Assembly: GCA_025786725.1 (NCBI GenBank)
Contig: JAHLTZ010000037.1
Location: forward strand, 124,979-188,978
Direction: 5' to 3'
From: Syncephalis fuscata S228
Taxonomy: Eukaryota; Fungi; Zoopagomycota
DNA: 64,000 bases
Part shown: positions 1 to 13,349 of the stretch, piece by piece
Numbering within the stretch: the stretch's first letter is position 1
How the letters are laid out: each line of letters begins with the position of its first letter
Program-made: the position numbers and the translations under genes
The notes under the pieces: model-generated
Told to the model about the DNA's origin: nothing
Database searches by the model: none
What the model saw: only the letters and a program-made list of their open reading frames with translations

Positions 1-2682
1 CGATCCATCGACATATTCTGCGCAGTAAAAGATGCTGGCAGCGCAGAAGAGGCTGCTGATAATATCGATGGCAGCTTATGGCTTATAGGCATAGGCGGTC
101 CATCCATAAGTGGCGGCAATTCAATGGGTGAGTATGGCTTTACTGCTATACCACTAAGAGGTGTATTCTGGCCCGAATCTGATGATTGCGGCGATAATGT
201 ACGTGGTGGCGCTAATACAGCACTGTTTGAACTCATAGGCAATGACTGTGACTCTCTTACTGATGATATATGCTCATGGTGCGTATATACATCATTTGTC
301 ATTGATGGCGACATTGAACCACTATTATCGATATCTTGTTGTTGTTGTTGTTGTTGTTGTTTAACAACGACCATCGGCACAGGCGATGATTCCATTGAAT
401 GATTTGACTCGGGCATTGATTGAATATATTCTTCTTTTACTGTAGGTTCAATCGATGTATGTGCTGTTGTTGTTGACTCTAGTATAGACGACGAGCGAGA
501 ATAGTTTGTAGTAGTAGTGTTAGTTGTTGTTGTTGCTGCCGACGAACCTCGTCGATGGCCTAATGAATAGGGTTGAAAGCGCGACGTACCTGTGGTCGTA
601 GTTGAAGCGGCAACCGGTCCACTACTACCACTACCAAGTATTGTTAACGGTGAAGTTTGCGTACGAGGTGAATGACTCGCTGAGCGTAATTCTTTCTTTA
701 TAGTCAAGTTAGCGTCCGATGGCGCAGTTATTTCTGTTACTTCTGTTGTTGCTTCTGGCGTTGCAGTTGTTGCTACAGACTCGGTCTTTGACTCGGGTTT
801 AACAGAGGCTTCTTCTTCGGCACGGCGACGTCCACGGCGGCGGTGATCCACGTCAATACAAGTATCAGCTTTCCCGCCCAGAATACAGCGGCGACAAGGA
901 CGATTAACTGTTAAAAATATACACAAGCTTAGTTATATAATAAACAGAATTAACAGCAATGAGTAGCAGGCAGATGCAACCAATGAGACGAAAAAGACAA
1001 TTGAAAAGAGTAAAGATGAACACAAGTGAAAGAAAGAGTGAAATCAAATGAGGCTACCAATTGGTATTATTAACTATAATCAATAGTTAATTACTCACGC
1101 ACACGCACACACACACACACAGTTTGTACAAACAAAAGGATTATGAATTCGGAGATTAGAAAGGAAAAGACAAATTAAAAGGCGTCCCAATTCAGAAATA
1201 CGCTGATGTTAAAAAGTGTAGATCATTATAATTAAAGGTAATAATAGCCATTATTTTTAGATAGCACAGTTCGTGTTGGGATGAAAAAGGACACTGACCC
1301 TCACATCCATGATCCCTTATGGATTGAACATGCCACTAGTACGGCTATTACTATGAATAGCATTATTGAGTCATTTTAGACAAGGCTGGGCACCTCCCAT
1401 TACGCGTACATTAAGTCGTCGGGTTCACGTGTAGATGTGTGCGTATAATGTAGCATGTGTTCAATGTAGCAAAGGACTTGCCATAAAAAAAGGAAAAACT
1501 TGTATGGCTTATCGCTGCAACATGTATGAATAATATGAAAGAATGATCAAAAGAAATATGACAACGTAACCTTTGGTGAACCAATCATTAAAATGCCAGT
1601 CTTAGTACGACCGAACGTGAAATGGTAAAAAAAACACGGGCCGCTAAAATGACAAGGTGACTGTAGCACTTACCATCACAAGCAACATGTCCTTTACGAC
1701 AATTAACACAGGCACGGAATACATGGCTTTTCTCGGAGTGCCAACGATGTCCATTCGAAGTCCAGGTGAAATAGGCGGGACGTGTATTGGCGGCCATACG
1801 ACGACGGTGCATTTCGTCGTTCCGATGAGCTATGTCGTGATTGGCGGTGGCATTAGTTGTAATGGCGGCAACAGCAGTAGCACTAGCGGGTAGACCGGTT
1901 ATCCTACTATTGGCATTATGCGAATAATGAATGACATGTGGGTGGCTATTTGGTAAGTGCGCATGATGAGAATGTGCGTGTAAATGTGACGGCAATGGCG
2001 GTGGTGGATATTGCTGCGCATGAAAATCTTGTGGCGGTGGTGCTGGTGCTACTTGATAATGATATTGATTTGCATAGTCAGGATAAACGCGCTGTGACGC
2101 TGTTGTATAATGATAAACAGGCAAATGTGTTTGATGTGTTGGCGGTGACATTATTTCACCATTGATGGGTGGTGTCGTTATAGGCCCATGTGTTAATGAT
2201 GGGCTAGGATGCGTATAGGTGGCATAATAATGTGAAGGTGCTATAGATTCATGATGATAATTAGCGAGTGATGGATTGCCGTTATCGACAGGTATAGATG
2301 ATCTATCCGTAGTCGAATAAGCATGATTAGAGACGTGGAAACTGGAATGTCCATTAGGCATAGTTGGCGAACTATCATTGTTATGAGGGAAAGCATTAGA
2401 TGACGCAGTATGTGTATGGTATGCCATTGTATCATGTGGCGCAGATGGCCGTGATGCTGACAATGCCACTACTCCCTGTGGTGGAGGTGGTGGACACGAT
2501 GGTGTATATAAGGTATGATATGAAGAGTCGTTCATAGTTGTCGATGGCCTATTACTACCAGCATATGCTGGTATAACGTGCTCTGGTATAAACTTTGTTG
2601 TTGTTGCTGTTAAGTTATTCGAATTTTGATTATGCATTGTGTGCATACCTGGCAACACCGTAGTCGGCGAAGCAATTTGCAT
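1..2682 (-). CDS. Zn(II)2Cys6 zinc-cluster transcription factor (3' end runs off window); exon 1 2682-1674, intron 1673-908, exon 2 907-<1
   Basis: Splicing G|GTAAGT...AACAG|TT joins CVNCRKGHVACD to VNRPCRRCILGGKADTCIDVDHRRRGRRR, a complete six-Cys cluster with basic tail; low-complexity H/P/S/T N-terminus. Confidence 0.88.
337..362. repeat. (TTG)n microsatellite; poly-Gln in the minus-strand TF exon
   Basis: ttgttgttg... run inside exon 2. Confidence 0.75.
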
Positions 2683-5600
2683 ACTTTGGATGTTAATATA
2701 TGTATATAGTATACTATATAAAATATAAAATATATTTATATTCGTAAAATTGCAATAAAGAATCTGATAATTTTTGTCAATCGATTGTATTAATCCTACC
2801 TACTATCGATGCTACAGATAATTGTTATGCAAATAATCGAGAAATAAGCCGAATATCAATGCAATAAAGGCTTAGAAAACAGCAAAAATAAAACTATTGA
2901 ATAAATTCAGAAATAAAAGCATTGAAAGTGACAACAAAGCAAAGCGGCAGTGGCCGAGTTTTAAGGTGCAAACGAGCGTGGAGCAATAGGATGGGCGATG
3001 ATAATATACGACTTGCCGGATAGCAAAAACCGATACAAGCCGTAAACGTAGCAAAGTGTCGGATTAAAATAGGCGGCAAAAGGGGAATGATAAAAGCTAT
3101 TCACATGTGTTACGAAAAAAAAGCAAGCGCCGGGCAACTAGGCGGAAAAGGCAGCCACGATTCTGATAACCGGTTCGTAAAAAGGCAGATGAAAGCTTGG
3201 AGAAGCAATGGCGAGTGCCCAGTACTTTTTGTCCAGAATCCGGAGCTAAATTAATCGGGAAACGAGAGGAATGAGACACGGCACAGAAGGATGGCAGTCG
3301 TTTGATCCGTGCTATACAGATATAGATAAAACACGGTGGATGATGCTTAAGGGGAAATGTATGTGCTGCGGTATGTGGGGTCAATTTCTAAAGACAATTG
3401 TATATTGATGGCAGGTCCAATGCCTGCTGGAAACAGGGGTGTTTATTATACTGGAAAAAACAAAACAAGCGGAGAATTGCAGCATTTGCAGAGTGCATCA
3501 AGCCACCAAAACATTTACAATGCAACGACCAAAAATACAAAAACGTCATACCTTGCAGCTGCAAGTAATAAAAATAACACTGTATACGAAAGCATTGTAT
3601 CGCGCCCCTCTACAAGGCATGTGCTGCATGGACGACAAGTTTGATGGTTGGGATAAGTTTCAGAGGTCGTACACGGCTCTCTCTCTTTCTCTCTCTATAG
3701 ATAGATGGACGGATGGGCAGCCAAGTAGATGAGAGAGTAGGTGGACAAGTGTAGGCGTACGGTAGTCAAAGGAGAATGAGAACTTTTGATAAGTCATACT
3801 ACATATTTCGGTCATACCCACGACGGCACCCGCGTACAAAATTATAAAAAGAAAAACACAAAAATGACATCCAATAAAATGGCCTGGTGGCGATAGGCGA
3901 GAAAGAAATAGTACAGTAAAACATGGTAGAAAAGTAAGGGAGGACTAAAAGTCAAGTGATAAAGATAAAGATAGGTAGCGATAGATGGATAGATAGGTGG
4001 GCGGCCAAGTGAGGGAGACAGTGGTTGGCTGGTTGGTTGGTTAGACATGTGGAGTATGCGAGTAAGTACATGGCCGTGCAGATTATTGATACACAAACCG
4101 ACCGATGCCGGCCCGTGGCAACTAAAACAAAAGGCTAAGGAGAAAAAACCAGTCAAACAAAAGTCATTGATACATACGAACAATCGAGGAAATGAAGACA
4201 GTAATGGTAATAGAGGTAACAGTAGCGGTAACGGTAACAGTAACATTAATAAACAGTACAGTAACAATAATAGTAGTGACACTAACAATAATAACAAAAA
4301 TAGTAACTGCAATTGTAATTACAACAGTAATAGTAGCCATTAATACCGAATATTACGATAGTGGCTAGGAATGGCGATTTCATGTAAAACATAAAAGTAG
4401 CTTGTTTGCACGTGTAATTGCAATAAAAGCAATCGGTGCTATATTACCATTAGAGGGGATGGTCTACCTTGAAACGTATAGTTGATTGTTGGCGTAAATA
4501 TGTTTCTACAACGGTGATCAATTGGCTCAAGCTGACTCAACATTCACCTTGATACGTTGGCCGTGAAGCTTCACAGCATTTGAGCAGGAGACCATGCTGT
4601 TGCAAACTCAAAGGTAGAACGCATTTTAGCGAGATTGTACAACATTATACATCTATTTACGTCACTGTCACGAACCGGTTCGCGTTTCCAAGCTGGGTGC
4701 AATATCTAAAAGTAGTTCACGGGGCATTCGTAAAATTCTAGAAGCTACAAAGCAGTACCTTATACACGCTCCGATGCTAGAATGGCAACAGCGCCGACTG
4801 ATTATGCTATCGGAAGTAAAGGTTGCCGCGGCCGCCGTCGCCTCCGTTGCGTCAAGTTAGTCGTACGCAATATTGTTTATAAAACCTGGTTAACACGTGC
4901 AACAGTGAAGCGAGGGAAACACCGATAGCTATAGGCCTCATGGGATTCACGGTAGCTTGAATCGGTGGTGGCATAAGCGCATGTCATCGTTCAACTGCGT
5001 GTATGTGTGTGACGAAAACATGCGGCAACACAGTGTTAAATAGGATTTGAAAATAGGCGTTATTTAGATGCTGATATATACGCGCAATAAGGCTTGTAAA
5101 GAAACCCGATCATAGGCAATTACCGAAAAGGTTCAGTGCTTTATCAATAGAATGTTGATTGTGTAAGTATCTGCGAATACGCAACGCCTGTTTCATTAAC
5201 AAGCAACAATACAAATAGCGCCACTGCATCCATTTATTTGGGTGATAAAGGCTGTTAGTGGCAATTTAATTGTTATAAATAACTATAGATAACACAAATA
5301 AATAGGTTGCTAAAATATAAAGATAAAAAGCAACTTTTTATTATTATAATATAAAAAATAAAGATGATTTTATATAGCGTGTAGATTATTTAGCTTTTGT
5401 ATTAGTGATTTGCCATAATGCCATGTTATTTGAATAAATACAGATACAATTGTTTAATAAGAAAAGGCCGATAATACTTGATAGGTGATTATTGGGTGTA
5501 AATATTCGAGAGATTTCTAATCCAATTTTATTATGTTTCCTCAAGGGCCAAGTTCTATGCATGATTTTTTGTTTAAAATTTATTGGCAGGATTTTGTGTA

Positions 5601-7258
5601 TATATTGCTCGGCATGTCTGGCTTTCTGTGATAGAATAATTGGCCAATTTAGAAATCTTTTTCCATTCTCGATATAGTGACTAATAATAGTTGCGGAAAT
5701 ATATTGAATATGAACAGCTTTACCAGTAATTCTATATTAAGCATAGTAATACTATTTACTTGATTCAATAGTAAGTTGTTGGCAATATTCAGCCATTTGA
5801 CAACATAAAACGATTTAATCCATTCACACACACGTATGTATTCATATATATATATATAATGATCCGCGTAAATAATAATAGCAATTAGAACTAGCAAATC
5901 TATTTTAGCTATTTGTGAGATCATTACTTAAATGGCCATTACTATTTATCGCTTGTATCTAAGCACAGCATATAATATATTGTAATAATTGTACCCCAAT
6001 TATGTCCAAATAAATATTGTTTCCTACCAGTATCACAATAATACTTTCTAGCAACCAAAAAACGGTAAATATCTTTTTTAGCCGATAACAATACTATTTG
6101 ATATTTAAAATGTCAACTTTCAAGCAAAGTTAAGCCGTCGTGTTTCAACAATTACCAACTAGGAATAACTAACGCACGCTTTATAAAGTAAATTCTAGGT
6201 AGAACCTCGACTGTAATGAGTATTTAAAAATCAACACACTTAACGCTAAATGAAAGTAATAGCTGATTGTTTGTAATCTATTAATACAACATGTGACATC
6301 GATGAGAATGTTCAATTTTTAGTGCAATAATGCCATTTGACTATTTATCCACTTGATGGTCGTACTAGTAATTTGAGCGCATTTCGACGACGCAGCCCAT
6401 CACGCGCATTGTATCTGATTGGTGTTCCGATGCTGGCCATCCTAGATTGTAGCGTGGCTATTTCCTTTTTCCTTTTCTATAGTAGCACACAGTAATTGTG
6501 TTTTCTCTCTGTCTCTCACACGCTCTCCACCTCTTCTATGGCTAGCAATGCTGCAGCAATACGGCCTTCTCTCACACACACACACATACGCACACTCTTT
6601 CCATTTTTCTCTGGCCAGCCTACTGTCACCCTATCCCATTAATGCTATCCTCATTAGCACCCTCACCACCTTGTATTCCCGGCATGCATAAAGGCAAGCT
6701 GTATTAAAATGCAGCGGAAATACTAGCCAAGCACCTATCGAGTAGCTGATGTGCATGTGGAAATGGCGATCAACTTGCGTGCTATTCCGGTTTGAATGGA
6801 TGGTATTTTGCATTGATCCCATGAAAACTGCAGAGTTTACCAATTACTGCTGCTAAAAAAACGTCTGCTTAGAACTCGATGGATTTTGGAACGAACTGAC
6901 GCAGTTATACTTGTTATCTTTGGGGAATTATCCACGATGGCAGGAGTACATTATGATGAGTAGATGAGGTCGCCGCGTCTTTTTTGGCTCTGATGTCGCA
7001 CATTAATCCCGTTTGCTTACCAACTCCGCCATTGCACGACTAGTGGCCGCGTGGAGGTGATGGTGCGTCAAATCGGCAAATAATCGTTAGCCATCCATGA
7101 CTACTGGAGATTATAGACCAATACCGTTACATTGTTTTTTGAGATTCATGTAAAAGTATCAATACATTTTTTTAGTTCTAAATGATTCGAGACACTTATT
7201 GGTAGGTGAGTCGTAGCTGCATTGTCACGACCGGTTCTACCTCATTCTTTTCCCCCTA

Positions 7259-7264
7259 TATACA

Positions 7265-7293
<29 letters not shown>
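7259..7293. repeat. (TACA)n microsatellite
   Basis: tacatacatacatacata... seen directly. Confidence 0.85.
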
Positions 7294-7295
<2 letters not shown>

Positions 7296-10200
7296 GTACC
7301 TATCTACCTATGTACATACGTACACGCATCTATACAGTCATACAAAAATTTATACAATGCTGTCCATGTTTTATTTGGTTTACAATCATACTATTAATTT
7401 CCGAAAACGTGCCAACAAGCTACTCATCAATTATCACAATAGGCCAGTAGTTTTTATTAATAAAATAATATAGAAATCAGTACAATGGCTATTTTATTTA
7501 GTTAGTTATTTGCCAAACTAGACAAATATGAGTAGTTAAAGTGCTTGAGTATAACATGCTTGGTATCGATAAAATTTACTTTGTATTTCGTCGTCGTACA
7601 TAAATCAAAGATACGGCAGCATTGCTGTGCCGTCTAGCTGAACGCAGTAATCGTCTTCAACGCTCATTCGTTCGCGGAAGAAGCTTTACACCCCACGATT
7701 TTTCAGGTTATTGACATGCATATGCTTTCTCGCTCGTTTGCTCACTCTTTCTGTGTGTATGTGAGTGGATGTCTTGCCCACGCGCACGCCATTCCGCTAG
7801 TTTTCATTCCTTTGTTACCATGTCGAAGGCCTCGGCCTGGCCGGCTTTGTTCCGAAAACATACATTCCGACCTATTACTACCCAGAAAATACTTGTATAT
7901 GCAGTTTAATGGGTAAATACTCAGTATTTCTGTTACAATATTATTTTGCCGATCTGCAAATATCGAGTCGTCATTAGTCTGCTTTTTCTTTTTATGTATT
8001 AACAAGTGCACAGCTAAGTCTATTATATGGAGGCACACACGCACGCACATATACATACATATATACATACATACATTTATACACACGGTGTTTCATTACA
8101 GCTACACACTTATTCTTAATTACATTTTATCTTGTGCGTTATAATTAACTTTGCACATTTTCTGGGTAAGCGTTCCTGTGGTACGGCATAGCTATTTATT
8201 CGTTTAAAAATTTAAACATTCCTTTGGTAACATTTTATTATACAGAGATAAATAGGCGGCCGATACGCAGTCATACAAGCACATACAGGTAAGCACATAC
8301 ATACATCGATGAATAGATGGACAGACAGGAAGACAGGCAGGCAGGCAGAAAGGCCGACAGCTTCTACATCCATACACATCACACACACACACACACAGCC
8401 ACACACATTGACATACATACACGCGTGCGTACATCGCCCCCCTTCTCTCTCTCTCTCTCTCTTCTCATCATATCTGTATGCGTGGTGCTGTGTACCCGTC
8501 ACCATTGCTACGACCAGTCTCATCCTTGAACATCTGCAGCTTGTCTCCCCGCACATCCATAGACGCGCGCACGTCCACTTCTAGCTACACAAATATACTC
8601 GCCTACTACTATACAAACGCCTAAAAGACATCTATAACTTATTTCTATACGCGTCTACACTCTTTTACACGCAACCAATCAGCATTATATTGGATTTGTT
8701 GTTGTGGCTGCCATTACAGGCAATTTATTATAATTATTGTTGTTGGTTGCTGACAGAGTCCAGTGATTGACGGTCACTACAGTTGGTTCTTCTTTTTTGT
8801 GGAACCTATACTGTCCATTAGCTTTTATCCAATACATGCTTGTGTATCGACGCGTCGTTCCGGTAGGCTGCCCCACATAAATTACCTAGTTCTTGCTTAT
8901 TGCCAATTTAATTGCTGTCTTGCTCTTCTTTCGCATTTCGCTTTCTTTCTTTTTTTCCTATTTCCTGGTTTTCGATATCATTCTCTGCACTTTGGCAGTA
9001 GATCCAAACTATATCGACCATTTACTTTCCTCTTCTTAACGGCATCTTTCACGTTTCGTTGCCCATCTGTGTCTATGAGCGTTAGCGCTATAGCCTCAAT
9101 CCACTCAGATAGACAGCTTTTTCTTGACTGCTTTCTACACTTTTATTTCTTTTCCAAAGCGATTTCTTTTTTACGACTCGCTAGCCACTTGCAGGTGCTG
9201 TAAAACATATACGCGTACACACACGCAAGCCTACACTGCTATCACCCATTGATTGATTAATACGATTCGTTTGCTTGCTTGCCCAGTCATCGACACAAAC
9301 TAATCGACCAATTAACCAATTGCCCTTGCCATCTTCTCTCATACGCACACACACGCACACACTTGCTCACTCCCTCGCACACATCGCGCCACTACTCGAC
9401 TCCAATCATCGTCTATTCGCCCGCTGAGCGCCCATAAACGCATAAGAATATTAGCGCGCGCAGGTGCATATATACGCGACTCATACTGGCCATCCCGCGC
9501 GTTAGTCTCCTCCCCCTTTTTCCTCAACGCTTGCTAGCTTGTTCATTCCGCTCATTCTAGCGTCGTCATTCCTACTCTTCTATATTTCCTTTTCTAAACC
9601 GCTACCATATCACTTACCTCCCTTTCGCCGTCCATTTTTATTCCTTTTCTTGCTGTTCTTTTCTTCTCCTGTTGATCCTCTTCTATTAGTCCTCTACAGT
9701 GTTAACAACTTCGCCTCCCTAGTATTATTAGTACTACCATCACCGGTACTATTTCATCGTCTCATTCCTTTCCTCACCTTTTCTACCAACCAACATTACA
9801 GTCTTTTCCTTTTCCGCCAAAACTCCGTCCTCAACTGTTGTTTGTTCGACTGCTAATTCCTTCCACGATAACCACTTGTGCAACCTAGCCCGTCTTTATT
9901 CCCTTTGCTGAAGGTTGGTAAGTTTGTTATGGCAATTGCCAGTATACTGAGTAGTCTACTCTATTGGCCCATTGATTCGTTGTATGAAGTGTGTAAGCAT
10001 TATATCATATGATATAAGCAATTCACTAGAACTAAATATCTCTATTGGGTGTGACAGTGTGTCAAGCGCGTCACTATTCATTAGAGCAATAATGGAAAAG
10101 ATCAGATGGCACGTGTTTAGCACGCACACGCACGCACGCACGCCTAGATGTGGAGATGTATTATTTCTGTTGTGTGTCCGTCTCTTTCCATTGTCGTCGT

Positions 10201-13200
10201 CATACCTTTGCAGTTTCATGTATTGGCCCTAATAGATTGTATGATGTCTGTCCTCTTTCTTCCTTTACTGTTTATTCTTGATTGCATGTCAACACTGGAT
10301 TGGTGGATGTTTTGTGCACCTATCAATGTAAACGATGGCTTGGAGTTATTAGATATTTTCCAATGCGTCTCGGTGTAATGTTTGCATTGAGTCCGAGCCA
10401 TTATCCAGTCCATGGCGACTGGCCTTTTTCCACTTGCGTGCGCATCCACTCCATTGAATGCATAGCCAATTGGTCGAGCCATGCACACGGTCACATTGCC
10501 AATATTAAGTTTGAGAGAGGCGAGCACAGGCCGCCCAAAAGTTTCTATGCGTGATAATGATGCTGGCAATACTATTTCTACTGCTTTCCTGCTTCTTGCG
10601 CTTTTCTATTGCATCTACTACTATTACTACTGCTGTCACTGCTGTTACTGGTGCTGTTATTGATGTTACCTTTGTTATTGCTGCTACTGCTACTGCTTCC
10701 GCCGCTATTGATGCTAGTAATTTTTCTAGCAGCGTTCAGTAGACACATGCCGCAGTGTAATAGTTTTATTGTCCATTGCAGCAATTGGGAGACCACGAGT
10801 AGCAGCTATTCTTTAGCTGTCATCCAATTGCTATAATAGACAATAAAATTATCTCTATTGTGGTATACTTTTGTTGAATATTGCCAAGTAAACACTAACA
10901 CGAATGACGGCAATAGTAACAGTATAAACGACTAATAGTAACTAGCTTTTTATTATCTTTTATTACATACAATTGTTTCAATCTCCGCAATCAGATATGT
11001 AAGTATGTGTGCGGACACGTAAATAACACACAATTGAATTTAAAAGCAAATCACATTGAATACAGTGTAAATGTCTTTTAAATGCAGGATTTAGTGCAAA
11101 TCACGCACATGTGTGATCGCGGAGATTGAAATCAATTGTAGATAGTATGAGTGGGCGATTTAAGTGGCAGTATGTAGTAGTATGCATATACTTCATCTAC
11201 TCTCTCTTCTTCCCTTTCTAGATATTTGTAGATATCTATAGATCAATGGATAAATGTAGATGCGTGCATATGTCTGTATGTCCATGTGGCATTTATGCCA
11301 TTGTCATTGTCATTGTGATTTCTATTCTCTATCACCTTGACAGATGCGTGGACTGTTCACGCAGTCGCAATGCATAGTGATGCATAAACCATAAAAAAAA
11401 CCTCGGTTGTGTACAGTTTTACATTGATGATTATTTATAAATGCTTTATTTTTACAATGCTTTAAAATAATTGTTAATGTGCTGTATCTAGCCGTGGTTT
11501 TGCTAAGACAAGTATGGCCAGTTAAAATGGCTTAGACATTGGCTATGTGCCATGCACATCACTATTTTCGTCTTTTTTTACTTCCATTTACGATCATTTG
11601 CACTGACCTTTTCTTTCTACGCCTGCCAATGAGTAAAACGCATGGTAGAATGTCCGCGCGTACATACACGCCTTGATCTACCCCCTTAAATTGCTGTCAC
11701 TTGCGGAAGGTTGACAATGATGGGTGCATTTCGCCATTGCATTTTTTTTGGTGTTGGCACGGCATACACACATTAGCCATTATTCCGCTCGCGCATACAT
11801 GCCTTGTTTTTTCTCCTAGCCTCTTGTGCGTATTCTATTTGGAATAACAATTACCACTTTGCTTGGCTGAGCTACCATGTTGTCAGACTAACAACCTATT
11901 TTATCTATCCGTTGGTACATATATGTACCTTAGTGTGGTAATGCACCCCAAGCTTTAATCAATTTCTATTTCTCTAGTTTATTTTTTTCATATTACTCAA
12001 TTTCGTTGCGTTTTCTATACCAAAAAATACAATTTATCTCTTGTCAGATACTGATTTGATTGTTATTTTGATTGCTATTTGTTGTTGTTGGTGCCAACTT
12101 GTCATATAAGCACGCACTTTATATATATATGTATGTATTTGTGTATTTATGCGTTGTATCGTTTAATATTCGCGTATTTAAATGAATTTGTATATTGCCT
12201 GCTATCGTTTATTCACTGCCAATCCATTTAGCGACTATTGTCATTTTTAATTCATTACCATAAACAGCGGTTGATTATTGCGTGTTATTCGCGCGCACAT
12301 CTGTATTTAGTACGTATTGATGTAACGCTTGGCTACTTTGAATAGAACGGCAAAGCCGCCAAGCGTTATACCAACGTGTTCAAATACAGGTATGTGTGTG
12401 AACGATATAACTTCATTGGCTGTTTATTTACAGCCTTCATTACCGGTTTACTCGGCCAATTGATCGATTGATAATGAAGGCTGTACTGCCTATGCCATTA
12501 ACTTACACAGCAGCAACTGGCTGCCAAATCATTAGGCCAGCATATTCTTGCCTTGAACATTTCCATTTTATTACTTACTACCGTTACTTGCGTTAATTAC
12601 AAGTGCAACAGTTTATCGCTGTGTGATTTTTTGTGATCACCTTGAACGGTATCAATCTTACATTTTAATTTAAAAGCTATTGGACTTGCCTTCATATGGT
12701 CAATGCTTAGTGACTGTCTTGCACCAATTTATCACATTGTAGTATTTTTTGCTTTACTGTAAATGTGTTTACATAAATAACATTATCAGTGACAGATATT
12801 ATAGTGAGAGTTGTTACTAACTTTGTATTTACATATTCTAACCAATTACTTTATTTTTTATTCTTATATAATTATAGCTCTCGCTTTTCTGTTTGTTGTA
12901 CCTGTCAAGTCAACGAATTATCTATCCGGTCAAGGTAGCTTCCCTCCTTTCTCCCTTCCTCCCTCTTTCCCTCCCTTCCTTTCTAGTTGAAGAAGAAGTA
13001 GTAGTTTCATAGTTGTTTACGACGCAAAGTGATTTGAATTCATTCCATTCACTATAAATCAATACACTTGTTTCTACTAATCGATCGACGGGCCATCAAC
13101 GGACGACTACCGACCAATCGACTGATCAATTAAACAATTGATTAATTAAGCAATCAATTGGATACACTATCGTTGTCGCTATTTACCGGTCTAATATCGA

Positions 13201-13349
13201 ACGAATTATCTGCTCATAAACTACTACACTACTATTACTTTTACTCTTACTACACTTGCTGATACCTTCTCTTCTTCTTCTGCCACTCCACTCCACTCCT
13301 ACTACTACACTACAATTAGAACAGTTACAGTTGAGGCATAAATTGGCCC

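Noticed and set aside
124-402. Cys-rich plus-strand ORF
   Set aside because: Antisense reading of the poly-Gln (TTG)n tract in the minus-strand TF exon
3842-10836. Many 60-156-aa ORFs in the ORF track
   Set aside because: They arise from microsatellites and low-complexity tracts (poly-L, N/S, YIHT, CV); no domain signal
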